Source: Bugula neritina (lineage: Eukaryota > Animalia > Bryozoa). Taken from it: a stretch of 64,000 nt of DNA. Both the position numbers and the translations under genes were made by a program. Below the pieces are notes generated by a model, which saw only the letters and a list, made by a program, of their open reading frames with translations, had not been told where the DNA came from and ran no database searches. Shown in pieces: positions 42,801-54,169 of this stretch. Numbering within the stretch: position 1 is the stretch's first letter; each line of letters starts with the position of its first letter. The stretch lies in the NCBI GenBank assembly GCA_964035545.1, contig OZ037770.1:14064642-14128641 (forward strand). Direction: 5' to 3'.

Positions 42801-43609
42801 CAGGAGGGGCAATGGTGCGTTCCCATAAGTCTGGTATCTCGATATGCTCAGCTGTGTGGTACAGATCTCACCACTGCCGCTCTGGCAATGGATGCCTTCA
42901 GATGTTCTGAGCTCCAGCGCCAATGCAAGAAATGGGTGAGTACATTATTTCTGCAATTATTCGGGTTATCTTAATTTTTTCCACAAATTTATGTAACTTA
43001 GGCTATTTAGCCTTCTATAACAATTATCTGTGTAAGAACTTTAGTTTAGTTTTGTACTTGTAGTTAGTGTAGAAGGGGCAGTTGATGAAAAAATTTTCCT
43101 GCATAGCTTCTTGTACTGCAAATTTTAAGTCCAACTGATTTTATAGATTCGCCATCTTTTACTGTTTTTGTAGAATGATAATAATAGTATATTTACTAAC
43201 TTTTAGATCATAAGTTAATATTCTAGAATTATAATAACGTGTATAGAATATAAATTATGAATAAAGAAGACACTTCAAATACATTAACTTGGTATTCTCA
43301 TTGATTCGTAGAATTTGAAATCGAATCTCTTACACACAAGACTTATTGTAGGTGGCGCTCTCCGCCGACACCAAGAAGAACCCTGAGCAGAAGACCGTTG
43401 CTAATGTCCAGGACTTTCTTGTCCTCAGTGGGTTGCCCATGTACACCGAGCTTTTCCTAGCTAATGGTTTCGACACTCTGCCCAAACTAGCCTCAATCAA
43501 CGAAGAGAAGTTAAGGAAATGTGGTATAACAGACTCGCTACATTTGGAGATCATTTTGTCGGCCGTAGACTCCACGTGGAATACAGAAGATAAAGTGGAC
43601 CATGTATAA
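24387..43609 (+). CDS. SASH1: SAM-domain scaffold protein of the SAMD5/SASH1 (SLy; Drosophila SKIP-like) family, ~881 aa in the longest model
   Basis: Phase-consistent exons 24387-24884, 30639-30746, 32508-32608, 37761-37888, 39343-39560, 39826-39970, 40354-40612, 40945-41099, 41567-41895, 42188-42502, 42804-42935, 43352-43609 (2646 nt). SASH1-type motifs: LMQVKTGKLSVEDAMSRIRSYE, RRDSGCY, EKIDLTVQPYTNQEGQWCVPISLVSRYA, and C-terminal SAM VQDFLVLSGLPMYTELFLANGFDTL. The exon1-to-exon2 join and the middle low-complexity exons are supported only by splice signals and phase. Confidence 0.7.
29798..29860 (+). CDS. Putative alternative first coding exon of the SAMD5/SASH1 locus (MEHLVITSLASTTPNNHPSRT)
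   Basis: ATG in GCAATGG context, 21 codons, perfect GTGAGT donor at 29861, phase 0 compatible with the acceptor at 30639. CCAAT (29676), CAGGAAGT (29652) and an X-box-like GTTACTACGGTAAC (29629) lie upstream. Confidence 0.45.
30397..30571 (-). mobile_element. tRNA-derived SINE copy
   Basis: Reverse complement contains GGGTTCGAACC...GATGTTAGGAAGAGCATCCAGTCATAATTG...GGGTTCTCACA...GACTATAAA. Confidence 0.7.
32720..32862. repeat. Degenerate (ACTC)n low-complexity tract
   Basis: Repeated CACTC/ACTCA units. Confidence 0.7.
37284..37628. mobile_element. MITE (non-autonomous DNA transposon), 345 bp, ~70-bp TIRs, TA-flanked
   Basis: TA|AGCCTAGGGCCACACG...GTGTGGCCCTAGGCT|TA; the TIR extends through AAAATTGAAA..ACAAGTAGCAAAGG; near-identical copy at 50654. 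Confidence 0.85.
41247..41460 (+). mobile_element. tRNA-derived SINE, most intact copy of a local family
   Basis: Head GGGAGCAGCCGTGGTCTAG (A-box) and GGTTCGATCC (B-box); body GGTAATGTTAGGAAGGGCATCCAGTCATAATTGCTCCTGTGCCAC; tail AGTGACTATAAACTTG. Homologous copies occur elsewhere in the window. Confidence 0.75.
42568..42639 (+). pseudogene. tRNA-Ala(TGC)-like element (tRNA pseudogene or head of a second SINE family)
   Basis: GTCCATGTGGTGTAGTGGTTAGACC...CT-TGC-AA...GGGTTCGAACCC...GGGGACA. A and B boxes are intact and the length is 72 nt, but the acceptor, anticodon and T stems have mismatches. Confidence 0.55.
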
Positions 43610-44576
43610 AATATATTTATTGATAGAACAAGCAATGAACTTTATGCATTTTATTCTGAGTTTCACTCAACAGAATTAATATGTTTTGAAACACTCAAAT
43701 TTTTACCTGCTATATTGATAATCTTCAATGTATAGCTTTGCATTGTATTTGTGATAATAAAAGCATATAGAAATATTTTTTAGATATTATATGGTAAAAT
43801 TATTAGCTATCTTATGTTGTAGTACTATTTAATATTATTAACTTAATTTAATTTATATATTTTTATTATGCTAAATAAATGTCAAACATCTGTTGAATTG
43901 TTTCTTATGTCAAAATTTGGTTAAAGGACTTTGTTTACATAAAAAAGTGTTTGAGACTATTTTAGAGGAAAAGCTATGAAAACCCATACAGGCATGGTTA
44001 ACAGCAGACCAACTGCAGGAGTCTATTTTTGGTGCAACTAGCAGTGTCCATAAGCTTTAGTTTAACAGCTTAAAATCGCAGCTGTGCCGAAACCAGTCCT
44101 AGGATTTACTAGTAGATGGTTTACATCATTATATACAATTCTTTGCATCATTAAGATGATGAAATGCAATTTGCAAATGGCTTGTATATAATCTAATATT
44201 TTGAAGTGGTTTCCCCATTATTATTTTTGTGTGACAATACAAACATGCAACACAGTTTTCTATAGAAAGTCTTAAAACAATTGAAACCTTGTATTTTTGA
44301 TACACATATTATTGTCAGAAAATGAAGACCACCTAGTAACCAGAAAGCTAGCTAACATACTTTTTACAAAAGTTATGTGGGACCACAGTAGAAGGCACCA
44401 TATGCTCTGTTAACCATTTAGTTAACTGACTTATGTTATATAACTTTAGATAAACTATATATTTTATCAATTTAAAGTGGACTTTATTTCCCACATGTTG
44501 GTTCTCATTCTCTTGAAAGACAGGTTTTCATAGTCTGCAGGGTTTTCATTTATCCCGCTGCTTCTCACCTGAAACA

Positions 44577-47500
44577 ATGATGTCGTTTCTGCTGCTCTAC
44601 TTGCTGTCACAGGTAACTTACTATTCTTATAAAACGATAAATTCCTCAAATGCACGTATTTCAAGAAATATCTGCATTCTTTAATGAAGCGCGTTGGTTA
44701 TTATGCCATGCTATGATTGATTTATGTTTATATGTATATATATTATGTTATTCTTTGTTGTGATTTCTAATTGTAGACCATCTTTGTACAAAGTCAATTG
44801 CTGTGTAAGTGAAATAACCTAATTTATTACGCTGCCATAAAAATTATATAATCTTAAAGTTAAATAGTAAAAAAGCACAGCACTTGCTATAGCATATGAG
44901 GATGCAATGTATTAAGATTTCTCACCGAGTGCATTCACTGGTTTTGGCAATTATAGCTGATTGAAAAGGTTAATTTGACAAAAGATTTTGTGATAAGATT
45001 TGACTCTAAGCTGGCTGAATGTTTTGGGTTTAATCCATGAAGATTGGTTTATGTGAATTTTAAAAATAAAGACATCATGGCTTGTTATATCCAATAGCTT
45101 TGTTACCTATAGATTAAAGCTAGCTTTCACTAATGTAGTATAACACACTTATACGCTTTTTGATTCATGGTAGAAATGAGGCTTTTAGCTATGCTTATAT
45201 CGAGTAGCATTTCCTATAAGTTTTGTAATATCATTAATATTATTATGACTCATAATTTATGACTCATAGTTTATGACTCTTGAGCTTGTACATCATAAAG
45301 CTCATTGACGGCTTTATTCTTAGATTCCGATGCAGAAGTTACTGAAATACTGGGATACAAGAGGTCAATTGAAGGTGAAAGAGAGTTTCACATAAAGTTT
45401 GGGAATGAAAGTGTAGACTTAGATCTGGTCAGTTCTGACGGGCTGTTACCAAAGACACTCAAAGTCAGCGTATTAGACGTGGACGATGAAGGAAATTTAG
45501 TTATTGATGACTGGGTGCACACAGTAAGCTAATATAGTACACTTGTAACTTATTTTATGATTAATTTTAACTCTGTGATTCTCTAATATTGCAACAGATG
45601 CAATATACTATAGACTGATTTAACGGAATAATTTCCTAAAAAAGAAATTAAGGGAACCAAAATTCAAATAAAAACTTCAGCAACAGAAGTTGCAAAATTA
45701 TTCTAATAGAAGAAATTAGTACCTAAAATGGAATTTAATTCATTTTGAGTTAAAATTATTTATACTTTTTCAAGTTCAAAACTAAGTTTAAGTTAAACTT
45801 TTATTTGTTTATACTGGCTCAACTATTTTAGTGCCAAAAATTGGGTAGCTTTGTTAGGGTGATGCAAATCTAGTAAAAGGAAAAACCTTGCATCTTGACT
45901 ACAAATGCTATTCTCAATTATATCTTTTAGCATTATGAAAATATAAATTAATATTCACTGTTCTACCAGTTGACTTTTACATGTATCAAACTAAAATAAT
46001 TCTTTGAAGAATGCTTTATAGTTACGCTGTGGGAAGCATTTAGAATATCTGTATAGCAAACTGTAAATGATTCTTTCATAATTTCTAACCTGCCCTATTG
46101 CTTTAGACTAGAGGTTTGCTGAACATGTGACATTAACTTGATGCCCTGTTTTTTGTAGACTAATGAAGGGAAAGAAATCTATGTGGACTTTAAACACTCC
46201 GCTTCTCTATTGATTGAGGAAAATAATGGAAGACCCGAGCTGGTATGTCAGAGCAGTTAAAAATAGACCTATTGCCTATTACCTTATTGAAATTATTATG
46301 TTTTGCTGAAATTAAGTCCCCTTTTTGGTTGTTTTTGGTGGCTTTTTGGGTCACTTCAACCTGTTTGCTGCTTTGTTTACATTTCTGGACCGCAGCCACG
46401 AGAGCTGCTCATCTGGTTCAATATAATAGTAAGTCCTTAAACAATTTTGTATATAAATTGTCATACTTTAAATACCATGCAAAAAATTAAATTAGAAATG
46501 TGTTCTAAACAATGTAGAGAGAGAGTTTTTATTCCCTCTACATATAGAATCTGCTAACCTATCTAGCGTTAAACAAAGCTAAAATCATTAAATACCAGAA
46601 TTCAAAGCTTCTAATATTGATGAGGATCTAGAAAAGTGGCTACTCATTTGTTCAGAATATGGCTATTTCAACAATTAGCTCTGTTTCGAGCTGCTGCCAT
46701 TCTTGTTATTAAAGAAAATATTGATGCTAGTAATATTTTACTGTCAAACAGAAAGGAAAGTTGAATGAAAAGCTTTACATTCAGCCCAACAAAGAAGACA
46801 ACTCCCGCAAGGGTCGTCATTCAATTTACCAGCTGAAACCTAAGGAAACCTTAGAAACTAGGAGTAATGATGATGTGGGTGTGTAATACCTACCTATATA
46901 TTATATTATTATATAATTGTGTTTATCAAATAGCTATTTAGAAACTTGCAATGTCACAAATTTGTGCGGTAAAAATAGATATATCAATCTCCAAATGCAT
47001 TTTAAAAATAATGAAAATATTATAAATAGCATATATATACATTATTATATTGAAAGTTGATGTTAGCTATAAGTTTGTATAGTGTTATATACATATATCT
47101 CATTGCTGCGTAAATGATTTTTAGAAAGTGTACCGAGCGACAACCAAAGCGACATCCGAAGTGGAAGCAGCCATGATAAAAGACAACAATTGTCTCAGAT
47201 ATATGTTCCCCTTCACATTGTAGTAAGAATTATAATCTGCCCGAATCTTATAGCCTGACGTATTAACAGTCTAAATTGTTATTCTTTGCTATATATTTAG
47301 TCATAACTATACATTATTCTTATCATGTAATGGAAAAATAACAGCGTTTAATAAATCATATATTATTTGCCTATATATTATCAATCATTGGTATAGTAAT
47401 TTTAATGTTTTACAGTAATGAAGTCAACTTAAAGAAATACTTTTATAAATGCTTTAGTCAAATCAGATCACTTGCTTTCACATTCTAAAAGATCAAAGTC

Positions 47501-50500
47501 TTGATATATATGTATATTTTTTCAAGTATATAATAAGTGTTTTTTTGAGTCAATTACCAGCATGAAAATAATTCAAATTGATCTCTTTTTGAATTATATA
47601 ATATGTAAAAGGATTTTCTAGGTGGACTTTGATCTCTACAGTCTGATTGGTTATAATGCAGCCAATGTTATAGAGTATGTGAAGACTTTTGTTGGAGCCA
47701 TCAATGCATACTTTGCTCTCATTCAGAGTCCAAAGGTTCAGATCAGTATTCAGGCCATAGACATCTACCAGGTGGGTGAAGGCAGCTTCTAACTAGCAAT
47801 AAAATATCTAAACACTATATCCATTGTGAAAATTGGCAGTAAAATGAGTATTCATGGTTGGTTAGGAAGTTCGTTTAATCCGTATGTGGTAGGTCATTGG
47901 TTTTATAAACCTCCCCCCCCCCCATATAATATGCCAGCTAAAGAGATACCTGAGTGAGATTTGTTTAAAAATCAAACATTAATTAATTCTTTATTTTCTA
48001 AGCAGCTTTATATAGCTTTTAGTAAACTATTTTGCAAAGTTCAGCTTTTTATACAATGGAAAGTTTCACTTCGAGCAGTTATAATTATAAGCTGCTGTTT
48101 TTACTGTAAATTTCAATTATTTAAAAAGTTCATGTCTTTTTAAAATTTCTATCCCTGATTACAAGGGTTTTTAGGTGAGTTATAAGAACTGTGGTTCTTA
48201 CCATTCAGGCAACATAGTCTGAGGGAGTTTGCTGTGGCAAAGACGCAATCAAATGATCAGATGCCCTTCTTGATATCTCTAATTATCGGGACTCAAACCC
48301 ACAGCTATAAGCACTTAAACCATAGATGCCCCTTTTCTTAATCATATTATAGATGTATCTGAAATATTACCCGTGTTGTATTAGGTTTGTGTAGAATACC
48401 ATAAGGTAATATTATAATATACAAGTTCTTCATGTATAGAATTGTAAGTAAGCGATTCTTATTGCAAAACATACAGACTATAGCTATCAGTCAATTAAAT
48501 TGTAATAATAACTATTAGGGTTTTTTATAATTGTTGTTATAATTTTTGTAATTTTTGTAGTTATATTTATAGGACTTATTTAGTTATTGTAGTATAAAAT
48601 TAAAATAATTATATAATTATTGTGGTTATAATTATTGTAGCATAGGATTCTTTCATAATATAATTATAACACTGCCATGCAATGATTAATATTTATAACA
48701 CACCAATATAGTCTGATGATGTAATGCACAGAGCAAGGCAGCTGCCAGTACAATAGAACAGCATAGGAACTATGCAGACAATGGTCTAATTTGTGGAGAA
48801 GTTCTCAAGACTTACAGGAAGTGGGCCAACACCCAGAGGTCAAGGATAGGAGACAACTATGCCGCCATCTTTATTCTGACAGGGTAAGATAATTACTAAT
48901 GGTTTAGTTGTTTATAATAGAAGTTGTAGCTTTAAAGGAAATAAGGATATTTCTTATAAAAAAACAATTCATGAACTTGATTAAGATGAAGCAGCTTTGA
49001 ATTTTTAACGTTTAGTTTTTGATTGACACATTTCAACTAAGAATATGCAACAATTGCTTATATGAGATGAAATTTTCAAATAAAGCTTTCTTTGAATAAC
49101 ATAACATAACATAAAGTGCTGTTTTGGGAAAAACAAATTGAATGTCATTATTGTGCTGCTTCAAGTTGTTGAAAATATTGTTGTAGGTCAAAAAAGATGT
49201 GTGATCAACCACAAAATAACCAATGCAATAGTGAGTTTAATTTGTTTTGCTGATATATCATAATGTAGTTGTTTTATAGTATAATGCTAAAATGCTAGAT
49301 ATATTAAATATATGATAAAATAACTTTGGTGCAATGTGCATAATAAACATGAATTTAATTATATAAGTCATGTTAGTCCAGTAAGTTGAATTATGCTCTC
49401 TGCACAATGTTATTAATAAATGCGTTACTAAGTTATATCTTTCTATGTTGCTAACATTATTATTAATTAATTAAATTATAAAAACTTGTATTGTAGCCTA
49501 GCTCTTGCTTACTAAATTATTACTTTTTATTAATTTCTTTTTCAGCATCATGAAATGCTTAGAGCAAAATCACATGTCCTACTGTTTCAAACAGAAGTGT
49601 TTAAGGTGTAAAGTTGTTAACAAATGTTCTAATATCAATGGCTGTGATTCTTATAATATATTATCATGACTATTAAAAGAAAAAATGTATGTTTCGTTTT
49701 CCATGACAGAATCACAAAATCAGTTGCATTGCAAATATACTTACTTCTGCTATTTAAACAAATGACATCATGAAATGGCATCGTTTCCTTGAATTACTCA
49801 CTAGGTATCAGAGGACTAGCCTACGCAGGTGCAGCGTGTGAAGCTATAGGTAAGATCTACCCTGGAGAAACATTTAGAGTAGGTATAGCCGGGGATGACT
49901 ACAGTTACAACGGGGTACAAGATGCCACCCACGAAGTTGGACATCTGTAAGTGTGACTTGAAACTGTGTAAATTTGTTCTTATATACTAAATTTATAATC
50001 ATATAGAATTATGCTTATACATTATATACAATACAGTATATGTATAGTGTATAGTGTAGACATATATTATGCAATACACCTGCAACATGTGCATTATGTA
50101 ACTTTATTGTGAATACACAATATTGCACATTTTAATTTACTACACACTTTATTGCACTAAAATCTTTATTGCACTGCAAATTTCAATGCACCTAAAAATA
50201 ACTGTATTAAAAATCTAGTATTTGATGTATATTGCAATGATTAATGCTAATTATTATCTTATTCAACAACGCCCAACCTCTGAATACAATATCCTAAAAC
50301 TATTGAATTTAAAAATGCTCATTTAACTTCTGCATGTCAATATACAGTCAAGAAACAGTATACCTGCTATTTTATTGTCTTTCGAATAGACTGGGGATGT
50401 CCCATGATGGCGGCCCTAGTCCCTATCAAAATGCTCCCTCCGCTGCCGCATGCAGATGGGGAGACTTCAATCTCATGGGTCAGCCTACCTACGTGAAGGC

Positions 50501-53500
50501 CAGAACTCGATGGTCAACTTGTTCGGTGAATCAGCTACAGTACTGGGCGTGGTACGTGAATATGTCTAAATTGTCACATGCGTCGTAAACTCTATTACAA
50601 GTGCTGAATGGTCTTTTAGTTATTTTATTATACAGTCAGTTATATAAAGGCTAAGCCTAGGGCCACACGATGCGTATTTTCGCATGCGAAAATTGAAATC
50701 ACAAGTAGCAAAGGTGTCCACTGTAGCGTCAGTGATGCGTGATAAATAAAGCTTTCATTTTTAAATCGCACTCGCTCTCAATAAAACGCAATTTACTGGA
50801 ATATAGCACTAAATAAAAAAATTGGGCTCGCTGATTAACTACCAGCCAATTAGGGAACGACGACAGAGACGATTCGCACTTGCGTTGAAAATGCTGAGCG
50901 ACAAGTGCGAAGGTTTTCTCAACGCGCACAGTGGACACCTTTGCTACTTGTGATTTCAATTTTCGCATGCGAAAATACGCGCCGTGTGGCCCTAGGCTTA
51001 CAGTCATTAAACTTTTTTCAGTGTTTGATTGTAAGTTTGCAAAATTTACCGATATTAGAAATAAAATAATTCACTGTCTCTTTTCTATGTAAGATCTGTT
51101 ACTTTAGCGTTATACAAGTTTGCTTGCAGCAAAATTCTCTTAGAAGTTTGAAGATATAAACATTAATCAGCTTTGCAAACACCAGTTGTCTAACAAGTTA
51201 TATTTCAGCATGTATATATACATTTTATGCTGTTTATATCTTCAGGGAAACATTATAATTATATTTTCTGACTATTACAAGGAAAATAACTTTATAATAT
51301 TTTGCAATAGAAGCTCTATGCTTTCATGCAATCATCTTTTTATATTATTTAGGTATAGTGGAAAGGCCACTTGTGTTAGATATCCACCTTCGTCTAACCC
51401 CTACCCACTCAGCTCAACAAAGCTGAGAGTCTATGATGTGCAGAGGCAGTGTCAAGTTAGACATGGTTCTCAGGCTACATTTCCTTCTTTCTGCCAAAAG
51501 CTAGGTGAGCTCTAAACAAAAGCGAAGCTAAAACATTTTAAAGAGAATAAAGTAAATTGCTTAGCTGAGATCATGAGTAATAGATTCTAACAAGAATGTA
51601 GCCAAAATTTGTCAGAAAAACATCTAGTAGTTTTAGAATGTATTTGTTAAATTGAAATATTGAACGAGAAAACTTTGCACTTATTATAACATTGTTCAAT
51701 AACTTTCAATCAGGTGAATCTTCTGCTTAAAATTGAGAGATGTGGCTCCAGGAACCAAATTTTTCAGAGTGAAAAAGAAATGATGTCAGACACTTTATTT
51801 TTTGCATGATTGGAGTCAATAAATGTTTGTTTCTGATGCTAGTAAAAGAACTTTTAAATACTCTATCTATTTATTGCAGATAAAGTGAACGACGAGATGT
51901 GTTACAAGCTGATGTGTTATGACTCAGCCACTGCACAATGTAAATATGGATTCGGGGCAGCACCCGGTACACCCTGTGATCCAACTGGACAAGTAAGAAA
52001 TATTCTAAACACTCTAAAGTAAAACTAAATGTGTTTAATGTAGGTATATTAGCCTTAAATTGATGCTAAAACTTTAATAAGGCCAGATGTGGTCACAATT
52101 TCACAAGAGAATTTTGACTTTGCAACATCATCATACATACATGTAGATAGTTCGGATAACTTATGGATAAAAAATTTAAAGAAAATTAAATAAACATGTT
52201 TTAGTGTGATATGTAGCTAAATATCTGCCTTAAATGTTACCTTTAGCCCTGATTATAAACTGTGGAAAATGAAAGAATTCATTCTTAAAATATAGTAACT
52301 TCAGAAAAAGGTAAACCCATTTTCCCACATGCAGTGGTTGGAGCTGCTAATTTCAGAATAAATATAATTCCTATTGCAGTACATCTGCTATCAGGGAGCC
52401 TGTCAAAACAAGGCTAACATTCCAGGAATTTCCAATACAGGGAACTCTGGGAGTTCCAATACAGGAAACTCTGGGAATTCTGGTAATCAAGGAAACTCTG
52501 GGTCGTCTACATCTAACGGAAATCGTAAGAAGGTTTTCAACATCCCAAATAAAATAAAAAGAAGCTATTAGTAACATTTATCCTTGTTATTTGTATGTAT
52601 CATAACTGTATGCAGCATCTTAAATATATAATCAGATTTAGGTGTATGCTTAATCAATAGTAGGAAATGGTATTTCTCAGTAAGATGGTTATATATAAAG
52701 TTATTTTTATTATCAACATTAAAATGCTAAGTAACATTTAGTTTTTTATAAGAAACTTGAATGAAACAGTCACTGTGCCCTAACAAGTATATTAGCAAAC
52801 GCCTGTACAAAGATACACTGTAATATTTTTTTATAAATTACATTTTAGCTGTGTTGCATAATGACAAATTCCTTAGCATAGCAATTTTCTCATATTCAGA
52901 CAAAAATTGATTTAATGTATTGTAGAATATGTTGCCTGACACCCTGGTGTGACATTTGTTGATATACTGTAAGCTGTGTTGACACCCCTGGTGCGATATT
53001 TGACGATATATTGTAGAATGTGCTGACACCCCTGGTGTAACATTTGGCTCAGGCAACAACTGCGCTCAGTACCTTTCTAATTCTGCCAACTCTTACGCTT
53101 GTGACTGGCAAATTATTCGGCAGCATTGTTGTCAGTCCAGAAGGACGTACTGCGGCAGCAATAACAACCCTCAAGGTAATACTCCATCACATTAGTATTC
53201 TTTATTTATCAGATTCATTAGTTTAACACTACAGTATGCATTGTTGATAAAATGCAGTCTAAATAGAGATAGTATCTTAGTACATTTAGCCCAGGCTACC
53301 TGAACAGGACAAAGCCGAGATAGGGAGGAATAGAATATAAATATCCTGTTTTAAACAATATGAAATGCTCATTTGCATGTTTTGTCACCCAACTGCATGA
53401 CAACTGACCCCAGCCATGCTAACCAACTACACTATATAGATACTATATTGAGGAATTTCAACATTTTGCCAGCTTGGTTATTTCTCTACGTATATATACA

Positions 53501-53842
53501 CATATACGGACATGTATTGGTTATTGTGAAATTGCATGATGCGTAACAAATCTTTTATTCATACTTACAAAATTTTATAAAAGAAACAAAGTGTATAGGC
53601 TCTGTATCATTTTATGTTGAAGCATCAACTTTGAAACAATGTCACTTATAGTCATACGCAGCTGACGGGATTCTATGTATTGCACAGGTTGTGTGGATAA
53701 CCCAACGGTCAACATCGGAGGCCTCAACTGTGGGTGGTACCTGTACAGACATGCCAGCCAAGCAACTTGCAACTGGGATTATGTACAGCAGCAATGTTGT
53801 GCATCAAGACTCACGTATTGCTCATCTCACATCATTGGCTAA
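44577..53842 (+). CDS. Secreted reprolysin-type (M12B, ADAMTS-like/venom-type) zinc metalloprotease with Cys-rich domain, Gly/Asn/Ser linker and two PLAC-like C-terminal repeats, 648 aa
   Basis: Sixteen in-frame exons: 44577-44612, 44777-44804, 45324-45523, 46159-46242, 46752-46878, 47125-47222, 47622-47771, 48732-48883, 49187-49230, 49805-49946, 50390-50551, 51353-51504, 51880-51992, 52380-52524, 53017-53175, 53688-53842 (1947 nt). Signal [18 protein letters not shown]; HDKR|QQ processing site; GLAYAGAAC; zinc motif HEVGHLLGMSHDG split across an intron; Met-turn FNLMG; WSTCS; ADAMTS-type YDVQRQCQ...CYKLMC...AAPGTPC...ICYQGAC. Confidence 0.88.
50654..50998. mobile_element. MITE, second copy of the same 345-bp family (metalloprotease intron 11)
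   Basis: Same termini, same length, TA flanks, and high internal identity to 37284-37628. Confidence 0.85.
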
Positions 53843-53988
53843 TGTACAACATTTCTGTCACACCACTTGTTGAAACACTGTATTGTATTTCTGTTGCATC
53901 ATTGGTTAAAATACACAGTTTTAGCAATGTCCTTAGTAAACAACTACTGCTTTTAACAATTGGTGTATTATCTAAACAAATTTTGACC

Positions 53989-54145
<157 letters not shown>

Positions 54146-54169
54146 CAGAACAATATCAGCACATTTAGT

